Below, piece by piece: positions 48,502 to 59,138 of a stretch of DNA of 64,000 bases. The translations under genes and the position numbers were made by a program. Within the stretch, counting starts at the first letter, position 1. The number at the start of each line of letters is the position of its first letter. The notes under the pieces were generated by a model, which searched no databases, was not told the origin of the DNA, and was given only the letters and a program-made list of their open reading frames with translations. This stretch comes from an uncultured Leptospiraceae bacterium (GTDB taxonomy: Bacteria > Spirochaetota > UBA4802 > UB4802). The stretch lies in the NCBI GenBank assembly GCA_964486725.1, contig CAZAOK010000004.1:6014-70013 (forward strand). The letters are read 5' to 3'.

Positions 48502-49698
48502 ATGAGCCGAAAGAAAATTGTCATTGTTTCGGGGTGCAGAACTCCGATTGGAAGTTTTGGTCAAAGCCTGAAAGATGTAAGGGCTTACAAGCTTGCATCA
48601 CTGGTCATGAACGAAGCTTTAAACAGGGCTGGTGTAGAGGCAGATATGCTGGATGATGTGATTTTCGGTGATTGTATTCAAACGTCTGATGAGGTTAATA
48701 CCGCCAGGACTGCAGCGCTGGATGCAGGAATCCCGGTGGAGGTTCCCGCTACCACAATTCAGAGACAATGTGCTTCAGGTATGCAGGCTGTAATATTTGC
48801 TTCACAACAGATTCTTTCCGGTGACTCTGAAATTGTACTCGCAGGTGGTGTTGAGTCAATGAGCAACGCACCTTATGTGTTAAAGAAGGCAAGGTGGGGT
48901 GCGAGATTGCAACATGACGAGATGACAGATGTTATGTGGGAACTTCTTCATTCGGGAAGTCGACTGGTGGGTGAACCAATTATCATGGGCCAAACAGCTG
49001 AGAACCTGGCTGAAAAATATTCAATTAGCAGGGAAGAGCAAGACCAGGTAGCGTATGAAAGTAATAAAAAAGCAATTTCCGCAATTGATGAAGGAAAATT
49101 CAAAGACGAGATTGTACCGGTTGAAATAAAAACACGAAAAGGAACAGTAATATTTGATACTGATGAACATCCTAAAAGAGATGTTTCCATGGAGAATCTT
49201 CAGGGTTTGAAACCAGTATTCAAAAAAGACGGTACCGTAACAGCAGGAAATTCATCAGGTCTTAATGATGGTGCAGCAGCAGTATTGGTCACATCTGAAG
49301 AAAAAGCAAAGGAGAAGGGGCTCAAGCCCATGGTATCAATTATAGCAAACACTATAGCGGGGGTAGAGCCTGAATTAATGGGATATGGCCCCGTACCCGC
49401 TGTAAAAAAATTGCTGGATAAAACAGGATTAACATTGAAGGACATAGGTTTAATTGAGCTTAATGAAGCTTTCGCGGCACAATACCTGGCATGTGAGAAA
49501 GGACTGGATCTTGATCGCAGCATAGTAAATGTAAATGGATCAGGAATTGCCCTTGGCCATCCGGTTGGTTGCACAGGCACAAGAATAATGGTATCACTAA
49601 TAAATGAAATGAAAAGAAGGGATATTCAATACGGGATAGCAACACTGTGCGTGGGTGGTGGAATGGGAGCCGCGGTGCTTCTTGAAAATATAAATTAA
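48502..49698 (+). CDS. Acetyl-CoA C-acetyltransferase (thiolase II)
   Basis: 398 aa starting at ATG 48502 behind a GGGAGAGG RBS. Carries VIVSGCRTPIGSFG, the active-site Cys region QRQCASGMQA, and the C-terminal GSGIALGHPVGCTG and CVGGGMG motifs. Confidence 0.9.
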   Translation: MSRKKIVIVSGCRTPIGSFGQSLKDVRAYKLASLVMNEALNRAGVEADMLDDVIFGDCIQTSDEVNTARTAALDAGIPVEVPATTIQRQCASGMQAVIFASQQILSGDSEIVLAGGVESMSNAPYVLKKARWGARLQHDEMTDVMWELLHSGSRLVGEPIIMGQTAENLAEKYSISREEQDQVAYESNKKAISAIDEGKFKDEIVPVEIKTRKGTVIFDTDEHPKRDVSMENLQGLKPVFKKDGTVTAGNSSGLNDGAAAVLVTSEEKAKEKGLKPMVSIIANTIAGVEPELMGYGPVPAVKKLLDKTGLTLKDIGLIELNEAFAAQYLACEKGLDLDRSIVNVNGSGIALGHPVGCTGTRIMVSLINEMKRRDIQYGIATLCVGGGMGAAVLLENIN

Positions 49699-49746
49699 TT
49701 ATATCAACTATATGCCATCCAGCATTGCAGACAGGGTGGTATATAG

Positions 49747-50478
49747 TTAGTTTTTACCGCATACTTTACAACCGGTCTTTTTCTTAAGCTTAAACGAATC
49801 AAACTTCATTGTTATTCCGTCCCAGAAAAGAATCTTTCCTTTTAACGGTGTGGGGATTCCCAGGATAAATTTTATTGTTTCGGCTGCCTGTAATGAACCA
49901 ATTACACCAGCAGTGGCCCCATGTATTGGAATTTTATGTCTTTCATGTTTTGCAGGAAGAAAACATGAAAGACATGCTGTTTCAGGAGGATCCAAAAGTG
50001 ATACCTGTCCTGAGAAACCCGAGACTCCACCATGAATCAATGGTTTAGATAGCTGAACTGATGCTTTATTTAGATCATGGCGTGAAGGAAAATTGTCAAG
50101 GCAGTCGATAATAATATCAGAATTAGCAGTTAGAGTGGCAGCATTTCCGGATTTAATTTTTTCCCTGATTATGTTAATTTTTACATGGTGATTGATTGAA
50201 CTAAGAGTTGCATAGGCAGAATCTGCCTTGTTTAGTCCAATTCTCTTCTCGTTATGAATTATCTGCCGGTTGAGATTGGAAATATCAACAATATCGTTGT
50301 CGCAAATTGTAATAGTTCCCACTCCTGCCGCTGCCAGGTACATGGCCACCGGACTGGCTAATCCACCCCCACCTGCGATAAATACATGGGAATTGGAAAG
50401 CTTTTCCTGTCCTTTTATACCCCATTCTTCTATTATAATTTGTCTGTTATAACGTTGTAATTCGTCACTGGAAAACAT
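49747..50478 (-). CDS. ThiF/MoeB/HesA-family E1-like adenylyltransferase
   Basis: 243 aa with LQRYNRQI..W, a nucleotide-binding VFIAGGGGLASPVAMYLAAAGVG, and a C-terminal CLSC...CKVC zinc motif. Confidence 0.8.
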   Translation of the reverse strand: MFSSDELQRYNRQIIIEEWGIKGQEKLSNSHVFIAGGGGLASPVAMYLAAAGVGTITICDNDIVDISNLNRQIIHNEKRIGLNKADSAYATLSSINHHVKINIIREKIKSGNAATLTANSDIIIDCLDNFPSRHDLNKASVQLSKPLIHGGVSGFSGQVSLLDPPETACLSCFLPAKHERHKIPIHGATAGVIGSLQAAETIKFILGIPTPLKGKILFWDGITMKFDSFKLKKKTGCKVCGKN

Positions 50479-50612
50479 TCGGCTATGTCCTCATACTTTA
50501 TAATTAGCTATAATAGCATATCGGTATTAAATAATGCAACGGATAAATATTGAAAAATTATAGACAATATATTATATTATAAAAAGATAGAAGAAAACTA
50601 CAGGAGTTAAAA

Positions 50613-50828
50613 ATGGCTGATAAAATTAAAAGAGACATGACTTTTGGAGAGTTAATACAGCAATTTCCAGATGCAGCACCGGTGCTTGCTGATTATGGAT
50701 TGCACTGTATCGGGTGTCATATCGCTGTAATTGAAACGGTTGAGCAGGGAGCCAGGGCGCATGGGTTAAGCGATGATCAGATAGATAAAATGATTGATGA
50801 GATGAATTCGAAAGCTGCTGCGGTATAA
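50613..50828 (+). CDS. DUF1858 domain protein (hybrid-cluster-protein-associated redox disulfide family)
   Basis: 71 aa; MTFGELIQQFPDAAPVLADYGLHCIGCHIA matches the DUF1858 signature, including the CxxC. Confidence 0.6.
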   Translation: MADKIKRDMTFGELIQQFPDAAPVLADYGLHCIGCHIAVIETVEQGARAHGLSDDQIDKMIDEMNSKAAAV

Positions 50829-50851
50829 AATTCTATTAAAATCTATCATAT

Positions 50852-50880
50852 AAATAGTTACCTTTAAAAGGTAACTATTT
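50852..50880. terminator. Bidirectional hairpin terminator
   Basis: aaatagttacc-tttaaa-aggtaactattt, an 11-bp perfect stem, lies between the DUF1858 gene and the minus-strand tRNAs. Confidence 0.45.
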
Positions 50881-50889
50881 ATTATTATG

Positions 50890-50971
50890 TGGTGAGGGGT
50901 GGATTCGAACCACCGAAGGCTGCGCCGACAGATTTACAGTCTGTTCCCTTTGGCCACTCGGGAACCTCACC
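50890..50971 (-). tRNA. tRNA-Tyr (GTA), long variable arm
   Basis: Reverse complement GGTGAGGTTCCCGAGTGGCCAAAGGGAACAGACTGTAAATCTGTCGGCGCAGCCTTCGGTGGTTCGAATCCACCCCTCACCA has anticodon loop CTGTAAA. Confidence 0.85.
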
Positions 50972-50980
50972 ATGTACAGT

Positions 50981-51053
50981 AGCTGGCGAGAGGAATTGAA
51001 CCCCCAACAAGCTGATTACAAATCAGCTGCTCTACCGATTGAGCTACGCCAGC
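50981..51053 (-). tRNA. tRNA-Thr (TGT)
   Basis: Reverse complement GCTGGCGTAGCTCAATCGGTAGAGCAGCTGATTTGTAATCAGCTTGTTGGGGGTTCAATTCCTCTCGCCAGCT has anticodon loop TTTGTAA. The T-stem needs two G-U pairs. Confidence 0.7.
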
Positions 51054-51337
51054 GAAGATGTGATATCCTTCATAAAGAATCTCAGGGTGCTGTCAATAAT
51101 TTTTTTCATAACGTTATTTAAAATATGAATTTATGTCAGAATTATTTCATATACACAAGGTTTCTATTGATATTGATGTGAACAATTTGCATAAGTTGCA
51201 TTATCAATAAATAATATGTTATTGACATTTTATTATTCTAAATGATTTTATGATGATATGATAGTGATTGTGTACAATCAGGTTACTTAACATGCATTTC
51301 ATAATAATTTCTGAGGTATCGAAGTAAGGTTATTTTA

Positions 51338-52705
51338 ATGAGAAATATGTCTACAGTTGTTGTAATTATATTCATGCTTTCAATGATTCCATCAGCAGCA
51401 GAGCAATTGGGCAGAAAGGTGACCCTGGATGAATGTATAAAGATAGCACTTGATAACCATCCTGATATTCAAAAAGCAGCTGAAAGTCATAAAAAAGCAA
51501 TGGCTGATCTGGGTGTATCACGGGCAGTGAACAGGGTGCAGCTCAATGGTGAAGTAAAAACAATTGAAATATTGAGGGAAGATGCTTCTTCCAGTGAACT
51601 GAATATACCCGGTACTGATACTTTAATTGGATTATTTGCCGGTGTTACCGCTACCTATCACTTAATTGATCCCAAAAGTTCAAAAATTGAAGACGCAAAA
51701 AAACTGGCAGTGGATGCTGCACGGATAAAGATGCGATCAACCAGGGACAATGTTATACTCAATGTAAAAAAAGCATATTACGGCTACATGTTTGCCAGGC
51801 AGAACGAAAGTATGCGATCACGATTACTAGAAAAATTTAAATCGAAGCTGGATACTGCACGGATTTTACATAAGAACGGTCAACGTCCAATACTTGATGT
51901 CAGCAAGGCAAATGTTGATTACGGTAATGCCAGGCTGGCGTATCTCAAATCCAGAAATAATACAATGGTAATGAAAAATGAGCTTTTGTCTTCAATGGGA
52001 CTTGTAGAAGAAAATATCCAGATAATTCCTGAATTTACAACTGACTCGGTAGATTTACCGGGTATAAATTATTCTTTAAGTGAATTAATTACACTGGGCG
52101 ATACCTATTCATCTGATATGCAGTTAGCACGAATAAACAAGAAGCTGACAAAAATACAGATTGAAGTAGAGCGTGCTTCACGGATACCGGTAGTTGATAT
52201 ACTTGCTTCACTTGGTTTTGAGAACAGGGCAATTATGGAAACTAATAAATACATGGACAATATGCAGGGATCAAACTGGGAACCGACTGCCCATTTTGGC
52301 CTGAAGGCGAGCATACCAATCTATCAAGGCGGGGCAATTGATTCCAGGATTGATGGCGCAGTAGCGGATTACAACCAGACCCTTTATTCTGAACGTGGAA
52401 TAAAAATACATATGCATTCACTCATAAGAAATTATGTGAATACAATCAATGAATTACAGAAACAGATTGAAATTCTCGAACTGTCACAGGATAACGCGGA
52501 AAAACATTTGCAACTTGCATCTAAAAGTTATGAAAATGGGGTGGGTACGCAATTGGATCTGGAAGACGCGGAGCTTGCGGTACTGAATGCGCAGTTAAAT
52601 TTTATTCAGACGAAAAGTGATTATTATATCACACTTGCGAAACTCGCGAATATTATTGGGGTTGATGAAGATTATATTAGTGGTAATAAGGAAAATAAAA
52701 AATGA
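51338..52705 (+). CDS. TolC-like outer membrane efflux protein (OEP family)
   Basis: 455 aa with a signal peptide and two OEP-like helical repeats. It is the first gene of an operon with a membrane-fusion protein and a MacB-type ABC transporter. Confidence 0.7.
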   Translation: MRNMSTVVVIIFMLSMIPSAAEQLGRKVTLDECIKIALDNHPDIQKAAESHKKAMADLGVSRAVNRVQLNGEVKTIEILREDASSSELNIPGTDTLIGLFAGVTATYHLIDPKSSKIEDAKKLAVDAARIKMRSTRDNVILNVKKAYYGYMFARQNESMRSRLLEKFKSKLDTARILHKNGQRPILDVSKANVDYGNARLAYLKSRNNTMVMKNELLSSMGLVEENIQIIPEFTTDSVDLPGINYSLSELITLGDTYSSDMQLARINKKLTKIQIEVERASRIPVVDILASLGFENRAIMETNKYMDNMQGSNWEPTAHFGLKASIPIYQGGAIDSRIDGAVADYNQTLYSERGIKIHMHSLIRNYVNTINELQKQIEILELSQDNAEKHLQLASKSYENGVGTQLDLEDAELAVLNAQLNFIQTKSDYYITLAKLANIIGVDEDYISGNKENKK

Positions 52706-53826
52706 CCAGGAAAAGAAAGATAATAATAATATCTGCTGCAATACTTGCATTTTTTATTATTATAGTGTTATGGGCCAGGGGTTGCAAACAGACCCTTAAC
52801 CTTGTGTATGAATATGACAAGGTTTCAATGGGACCGGTTGAAAAGACAATATCGGTGACCGGAACAATTGATCTGCTTGAATCAGTGAGGATATTGAGTA
52901 ATGTAGATGGTATTGTGCAAAAAGTATATGTGGATTATAATCAGAACATCAAAAAGGGCCAGATGATGGCAAAAATTGATGCAGGGGATTTAAATTTACG
53001 GCTGCAGAAAACAAAAAAGCAGCTTGAAAAAGCACAACTGGATCTACTTGGAATTAAAAAGGAATATGAAGGTAAGAAATCACTTTTCAAAGAAAATCTT
53101 ATATCTGAAAATGCCCTGCAACTTGGGGAACTGGAATACAAAAAGGCACTTACAACGGTTAAGCAGATTGAACTCGATTATCAGAGCCTGCGTGAGCAAC
53201 AAAATTCAACCAGGGTATACTCTCCAATTTACGGGATGGTCATGTCAAAAGAAATTGAAGAAGGATATCCAATTGGGGTAAACAAACTCATGTTTACCAT
53301 TGCGAGAACATTAAAAAAGATGAAACTTGTAATAAGCATAGATGAATCAGATATCGGTTATATGAAAAAAGGTCAACGGGTAACATTTAACGTAAGCGCA
53401 TATCCTGACAAAAAATTTGATGGAAAAATTGACCAGGTTCGTTTTAACCCGATTAATAAAGGCGGGGTAATTTCATATGAATCAGTTGTAATCTGTAACA
53501 ATAGCGATCTTTTGTTGAAACCAGGTATGACGGCAACGGCAACAGTACTGGTTGAGGAAAAGAAAAAAGTATTACGGGTTGCCAATGATGCTTTTGTTGT
53601 ATCCCCGGTTGATGTAGATGTGCCTGCCGGGAAAAAGTTTATCTGGAAAAAGAAAGACGTGGCTCTTGGGGATTTGCCTGTTGAGCATGTTGAAGTGAAG
53701 ACGGGACTTGTTGGTGATTTTTACACGGAAATTACATCGAAGAATATTAAAAAAGGTGATAAAGTACTGGTAAGGTTGAGAAAGAAAGTAGATGTCAAGG
53801 ACGAAATCGACCAATATGGCAAATAA
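52702..53826 (+). CDS. HlyD/MacA-family periplasmic adaptor (membrane fusion protein)
   Basis: Has an N-terminal TM, a coiled-coil hairpin and beta-barrel/MP domains. It overlaps the TolC-like stop by 4 nt. Confidence 0.8.
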   Translation: MTRKRKIIIISAAILAFFIIIVLWARGCKQTLNLVYEYDKVSMGPVEKTISVTGTIDLLESVRILSNVDGIVQKVYVDYNQNIKKGQMMAKIDAGDLNLRLQKTKKQLEKAQLDLLGIKKEYEGKKSLFKENLISENALQLGELEYKKALTTVKQIELDYQSLREQQNSTRVYSPIYGMVMSKEIEEGYPIGVNKLMFTIARTLKKMKLVISIDESDIGYMKKGQRVTFNVSAYPDKKFDGKIDQVRFNPINKGGVISYESVVICNNSDLLLKPGMTATATVLVEEKKKVLRVANDAFVVSPVDVDVPAGKKFIWKKKDVALGDLPVEHVEVKTGLVGDFYTEITSKNIKKGDKVLVRLRKKVDVKDEIDQYGK

Positions 53827-54544
53827 TCTCATAGAAATTACAGACCTGTACAAGATATATCCTATCAGCGAAGAAATCAGTGTCCATGCCCTTCAGGGAG
53901 TTTCACTGTCCATTCAAAGAGGGGAGTTCGTATCAATAATGGGTGCCTCCGGATCAGGAAAGTCCACCTTCATGAATATCCTTGGATTTCTTGATACGCC
54001 AACTACCGGACGATATGTTCTTGATGGTATTGATGGAAGCACATTGAATTATGACGAGAAGGCAGAAATTCGTAATCGTAAAATCGGCTTTGTGTTTCAG
54101 GGGTTTAACCTGCTTTCCCGGACATCGGCTATTGAGAATGTGGAACTTCCACTTTTATATATGGGTGGGATTACAACCAGGGAAATGCAGGATAAAGCCC
54201 GAAAATACCTTGGTATGATCGGCCTTGCCGGCAGGGAACATCATCACCCCAGTGAATTGTCTGGTGGGGAGCAGCAAAGGGTTGCCATCGCCAGGGCCCT
54301 GGTGAATGAACCGGCTATAATTTTTGCGGATGAGCCAACAGGAAATCTTGATACAAAAAATACAGAAGATATAATGAACCTCTTTACCAGCCTGAATAAT
54401 GACCTGGGAATAACTATCATTCTTGTTACCCATGAGCCTGAAGTGGCAGGGTACACAAAGAGGAAGGTTATTTTCAGGGATGGTCATATTATTGATGACT
54501 CACCAGTAAAAAAAAGAAAAAAGGCTGGTATGAAAAAAAGGTAA
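53816..54544 (+). CDS. MacB/LolD-type ABC transporter ATP-binding protein
   Basis: Has a Walker A GASGSGKST, the signature LSGGEQQRVAIARAL and a Walker B IIFADEPTGNLD. Its start overlaps the adaptor gene stop. Confidence 0.9.
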   Translation: MANNLIEITDLYKIYPISEEISVHALQGVSLSIQRGEFVSIMGASGSGKSTFMNILGFLDTPTTGRYVLDGIDGSTLNYDEKAEIRNRKIGFVFQGFNLLSRTSAIENVELPLLYMGGITTREMQDKARKYLGMIGLAGREHHHPSELSGGEQQRVAIARALVNEPAIIFADEPTGNLDTKNTEDIMNLFTSLNNDLGITIILVTHEPEVAGYTKRKVIFRDGHIIDDSPVKKRKKAGMKKR

Positions 54545-54545
54545 G

Positions 54546-55730
54546 TTGATGAATTTTAAAAATCTGTTCGTAACAGCCCTGCGCGCGTTGAATCGTAATA
54601 AAATGAGATCCGCATTAACAAGTATTGGCATTATAATAGGTGTTTCTTCGGTTATAATGATGATAGGTATAGGCAATAGTGCCAGGATTGCTGTAAGAGA
54701 GAAAATATTTACCTATGGTGCCAACGCAATGTCGGTATATGACTCAAAAAAACCTTTGACCTTGCGTGATGTAGAGAATATTGATCGGCTATTTCCCCAG
54801 ATACGATATATAAGTCCTTTTGTGTATAAGTCATATATATTAACAAAGGGGGGCGGCCAGTTCGTTTACAGCAGGCTTTACGGTGTGAATAATGATTTTT
54901 TTAAAATAAAATCATGGCCCCTGATGAATGGCAGATATTTTACCGAAAGGGAGATAGCAGCAAGCGAGAAGGTCGTTATTATTGGTAATACTGTGAGGAC
55001 TGAACTTTTCGGACACACAAATCCGGTAGGTGAGGTTGTAAATGTGAACGGACTCCCATTCAAGATAGTTGGGTCTTTAACTGAAATGGGCCAGGCACTT
55101 TCAGGCAGAGATTTTGATAATGTATTGATTGTGCCACATACAACCGCAGCAATGAAAATTATGGGGAAACGAACATTTGACGAAATATACGTGTCCACAT
55201 ATTCGGAAACAGAAATTGATGAGACCGTTGGAAAGTTAAAAGAATATTTCAGGCGTACCCATGCTATTCCCCCGGGTAAAATGAACGATTTCAAGATAAA
55301 GACCAGTAAGGAAAAACTGCAGATGGTAAAGTATATTTCTAATACACTTTCAATATTACTTGCCGGTATTGCATCTATTTCTCTTTTCGTTGGTGGTGTT
55401 GGTATAATGAATATCATGCTCGTTTCGGTCAGCGAGAGAACCAGGGAAATCGGTATTCGAATGGCTATAGGTGCAAAGAGACGTGATATCCTAACCCAGT
55501 TCCTTATTGAATCTGTTACATTAAGTGGCGCGGGTGGAATAGTTGGAATGCTTCTCGGTCTTGGAGTGTATTACCTGATAATATTTTTTGTAGATTGGCC
55601 TTTTATTTTTTCTTTCTTTTCAATAATCGTGGCCTTCTTCTTCTCATGTGCGGTTGGGATATTCTTTGGCTATTATCCCGCACGTAAAGCTGCTGATCTT
55701 AAACCAATTGAAGCATTACGTTACGAATAA
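54546..55730 (+). CDS. ABC transporter permease (MacB/FtsX family)
   Basis: 394 aa with an N-terminal TM, a periplasmic MacB-PCD-like domain and a C-terminal FtsX 3-TM bundle (REIGIRMAIGA). Confidence 0.85.
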   Translation: MMNFKNLFVTALRALNRNKMRSALTSIGIIIGVSSVIMMIGIGNSARIAVREKIFTYGANAMSVYDSKKPLTLRDVENIDRLFPQIRYISPFVYKSYILTKGGGQFVYSRLYGVNNDFFKIKSWPLMNGRYFTEREIAASEKVVIIGNTVRTELFGHTNPVGEVVNVNGLPFKIVGSLTEMGQALSGRDFDNVLIVPHTTAAMKIMGKRTFDEIYVSTYSETEIDETVGKLKEYFRRTHAIPPGKMNDFKIKTSKEKLQMVKYISNTLSILLAGIASISLFVGGVGIMNIMLVSVSERTREIGIRMAIGAKRRDILTQFLIESVTLSGAGGIVGMLLGLGVYYLIIFFVDWPFIFSFFSIIVAFFFSCAVGIFFGYYPARKAADLKPIEALRYE

Positions 55731-55928
55731 CCTTTCCAATTAAAAATGTAATTACATCTTTTTTTATTTTCTCTATTAAGACATAATATTACCTGTACCG
55801 ATATAAGTAACAGGTAATATGAATATTAAAAATATATATGTTATGTCATATCTTTGTAAACCCCCGGTGTATTCTTAGTGTAATAATGTTGTATCAGGAG
55901 GTATTACCATGACTATCTATTTCATAAG

Positions 55929-56837
55929 TTGAGGAGAATTGAATTGAAGGATATAGTGGCTATTAAAAGGTTTAAACGGTTCTTACAGATTGAAAAAGGA
56001 TTGTCCCCTAATTCAATCTATTCTTATACTTACGATCTGAAAAAATTTACTGATTTTCTTGCCAATAAGAACAAGAATATTCTCTCGGCAACACAGGATG
56101 ATGTTCAGCAATTTCTAAAATATGAAAAAACAAAAAAACACAATTCATCCAGAACGCTGGCACGTTCCCTGGCCGCGATAAGGCAATTTTATAATTTTCT
56201 CTCTGATACTTATGGGGATGTGAATAACCCAACTCACAAGATCGAAACACCACATGTTGAGAAAACACTACCTGATTTTTTATCAGCAGAAGAAGTTAAT
56301 AAGCTTTTTAATTCGATTTCTGAAAATGACGTATATCAATTAAGAGACAAGGCGATTTTTGAACTACTATATTCATGCGGGTTAAGAATAACCGAGGCGG
56401 TTGAACTCAAAATCGGAAATATCGATTTTGAGAACAGGTTGTTGAAAGTTACAGGGAAAGGAAGTAAAGAAAGAATTGTGCCAATGGGAAATGAAGCAAA
56501 GAGATTGCTGTACAAGTATATACATGAATCAAGACCGGTAATACTGGGTGATCGCAACAGTGAATACCTCTTTGTTAGTAAAAAAGGTGGCATGATAAAC
56601 AGAAAATCTGTGTGGAGACTGTTGAAGGGATACGTCGATCAGACCCAAATCAATAAAAATATCACCCCACATACGTTGCGGCATTCATTCGCGACACATC
56701 TTCTTGAAAGGGGTGCTGATCTGAGATCTGTACAGGTACTTCTCGGGCATGTTGATATTTCAACTACACAGGTATATACTCACATGGCACGTAAACAACT
56801 TCAGGAAATCCATAAGAAATTTCATCCAAAAGGGTAG
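55929..56837 (+). CDS. xerD: Tyrosine recombinase XerC/XerD family
   Basis: Has an N-terminal SAM-like domain and catalytic-domain motifs R..E..L (GLRITEAVELK), HTLRHSFATHLLERGADLRSVQVLLGH and the nucleophile region TQVYTH. The start is TTG at 55929 or 55944, the latter with a GAGGAG RBS. Confidence 0.85.
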   Translation: MRRIELKDIVAIKRFKRFLQIEKGLSPNSIYSYTYDLKKFTDFLANKNKNILSATQDDVQQFLKYEKTKKHNSSRTLARSLAAIRQFYNFLSDTYGDVNNPTHKIETPHVEKTLPDFLSAEEVNKLFNSISENDVYQLRDKAIFELLYSCGLRITEAVELKIGNIDFENRLLKVTGKGSKERIVPMGNEAKRLLYKYIHESRPVILGDRNSEYLFVSKKGGMINRKSVWRLLKGYVDQTQINKNITPHTLRHSFATHLLERGADLRSVQVLLGHVDISTTQVYTHMARKQLQEIHKKFHPKG

Positions 56838-56842
56838 ATGTT

Positions 56843-58060
56843 TTGAAGCGTTTAGTAATAAAAAAACACATGTTTGTAAAAGAAGTATTGTTATTCCTGG
56901 TTTTTGTGTTAATTATAGGATGCGCTCCCTCAAGTGAATACCTTCTTAAAAAAAACAGAAAGATGGGTAATGATACGGATTATGTAAAAGTTCTTTTACA
57001 AAAGACTAACAGCAGAATTACCATTACTTCACGATCACGAGTAAAAATTACATCTTTAAGTAATAACAGCATAAAATATAATGGACATGGTAAAAAATTT
57101 ATTTTCATCCCTGAAAAAATTAAAGAGCCAGTGTTAATAGAATCATGGGGATCCTTTCTCCAAATTGATGATAAAGAATACAGGGGGATGATTGAGCTTC
57201 ATAATGTTATGGGAAAACTGTGTGTTATAAATGTAATAAGGATGTATGAATACCTGTATGGAGTTCTACCCGGTGAGATAATGACAGGATGGCCTGATGA
57301 GACACTGAAGGCACAGGCTGTTGCCGCAAGAACATACGCCTATCACCATATCCATAAAAATAAAAATAATCTTTATGATCTGGATGCTACTACAAAATTC
57401 CAGGTTTATAAGGGTAAGTCGATTGAAGATCCAAAAACCAACAGGGCCGTGGATGATACGTGTGGTGAAATCGCAGTTTATAAGAATAAGCCAATTGTCG
57501 CGTTCTTTCATTCAACTTGTGGTGGGTATACTGTTGATGACAACCTGGTATGGAATGGTGATGACATGGAATACCTGCGTTCTGTAAAATGTCCATATTG
57601 CAAAGGGTCACCCTCGTATGAATGGAAAGAAATACTTACCCGCTACGAAATGATTGAATCTCTCAAAAAAAAATATTCTGGAATCGGACAGATTACCGGC
57701 ATTACTTTCATACGTAAAGACAGAAGGGTAGTGAAAGTGGTAATTAAGCATACAAATGGTATTATTAGAATTTCCGGTAATAATTTCCGGTTACTATTTC
57801 CCGCGAAAAAAATAAAAAGCCTTTACTTTCATGCAAGAAAAAAACCTGATGGTCTGGAGTTACATGGATATGGATGGGGTCATGGAGTTGGTTTGTGTCA
57901 ATGGGGAGCCAGGGGGATGGCGAATCACGGTAAGAATTATGAAAATATTCTGAAATTCTATTATCGGGGTATTAAAATAATAAATATTAACAGATTGAAA
58001 ACGAATGGAGTCAGGCGGAAATATCAATCAGCTGCGGCTGTGAGCTCACCGAATTCATAA
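56843..58060 (+). CDS. SpoIID/LytB-domain protein
   Basis: Has a signal/lipobox-like N-terminus (LIIGCAP) and SpoIID motifs (LPGEIMTGWPDETLKAQAVAARTYA..FHSTCGGYT). Confidence 0.8.
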   Translation: MKRLVIKKHMFVKEVLLFLVFVLIIGCAPSSEYLLKKNRKMGNDTDYVKVLLQKTNSRITITSRSRVKITSLSNNSIKYNGHGKKFIFIPEKIKEPVLIESWGSFLQIDDKEYRGMIELHNVMGKLCVINVIRMYEYLYGVLPGEIMTGWPDETLKAQAVAARTYAYHHIHKNKNNLYDLDATTKFQVYKGKSIEDPKTNRAVDDTCGEIAVYKNKPIVAFFHSTCGGYTVDDNLVWNGDDMEYLRSVKCPYCKGSPSYEWKEILTRYEMIESLKKKYSGIGQITGITFIRKDRRVVKVVIKHTNGIIRISGNNFRLLFPAKKIKSLYFHARKKPDGLELHGYGWGHGVGLCQWGARGMANHGKNYENILKFYYRGIKIININRLKTNGVRRKYQSAAAVSSPNS

Positions 58061-58081
58061 ATATTTTCCAGCAAACTGCAA

Positions 58082-59125
58082 ATGACTGATCGTAGAGAAT
58101 ATGAACTAAAGGATTTTATCTTTGACCTTCCTGATAACTTGATTGCCCAGCATCCTGAGACTGAACGGGATACATCCAGGCTTTTTGTTGTTCAGAAAAA
58201 TTCACACACATTTATACACAAAAGATTTACAGATCTGCATGAATTCATAGCCCCGGGTGATGTTATGGTTATGAATAATGTAAAAGTTATCCCCGCGAGA
58301 ATATATACAAAAAGAATATCCGGTGGTACGGTTGAAATTATTCTTACGAGAAAACTTACCAGTACACGCTGGCATATCGTGTGCAACCGAACAAAACGAA
58401 TCCAGCCTGGGGAGATATTGTATGCAAAAGAAAACCAGGAAATCCAGTTTAATGTATTGGAAAAATCCGGGGGGATATTGCTGGTAGAAAGCAACATGGA
58501 ATTGAACGAAGCGGTTCTTTTATCTATCGGGAACATGCCATTGCCACCCTATATACAAAGAAAACCTGAAGAAGTTGATTATACACAATACCAGACTGTG
58601 TATGCAAGTGAACCCGGGGCTGCAGCGTCTCCAACTGCCGGTCTGCATTTTACTGAGAGTTTGATTACAGATCTTAAGAACAGGGGTGTGGATATAGTAT
58701 TTCTGACACTATACGTATCCTGGGGTACATTTCAACCTGTGAGATCAGAAAACATCTCCAGTCATCATATGCATACTGAATCATACGTCCTTCCTCCACA
58801 GGCGGCTTCAATTATCAACAGCGCACGTAAAGAAAACAGGCGGATAATTGCGGTGGGTACTACGTCACTACGGGTATTGGAAGCAACGTATGAAAATGGG
58901 AAAAATTATCCAGGAAAAGGGGAAACTGATATCTTTATATATCCTCCTTACGATGTACAATCCGCTGATGCCTTGATCACAAATTTCCATACTCCCGGTT
59001 CAACGCTGCTGATGCTGGTTTCGGCATTCGGCGGATATGATACTATGATGTCGGCGTATAAAAAAGCAATAGAAATGGAGTATCGTTTTTTTTCATATGG
59101 TGACGCTATGCTGATAATTTCATGA
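58082..59125 (+). CDS. queA: S-adenosylmethionine:tRNA ribosyltransferase-isomerase
   Basis: 347 aa with the motifs LPDNLIAQHP, VMNNVKVIPARI, LPPYI and AAPTAGLHFT. Confidence 0.9.
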   Translation: MTDRREYELKDFIFDLPDNLIAQHPETERDTSRLFVVQKNSHTFIHKRFTDLHEFIAPGDVMVMNNVKVIPARIYTKRISGGTVEIILTRKLTSTRWHIVCNRTKRIQPGEILYAKENQEIQFNVLEKSGGILLVESNMELNEAVLLSIGNMPLPPYIQRKPEEVDYTQYQTVYASEPGAAASPTAGLHFTESLITDLKNRGVDIVFLTLYVSWGTFQPVRSENISSHHMHTESYVLPPQAASIINSARKENRRIIAVGTTSLRVLEATYENGKNYPGKGETDIFIYPPYDVQSADALITNFHTPGSTLLMLVSAFGGYDTMMSAYKKAIEMEYRFFSYGDAMLIIS

Positions 59126-59138
59126 AGGGGGGTATAAA

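Noticed and set aside
55770-55800. 9-bp inverted repeat attacctgt...acaggtaat after the ABC permease gene
   Set aside because: Short stem, long 13-nt loop and no adjacent T-tract. It cannot be called a terminator or operator with confidence.
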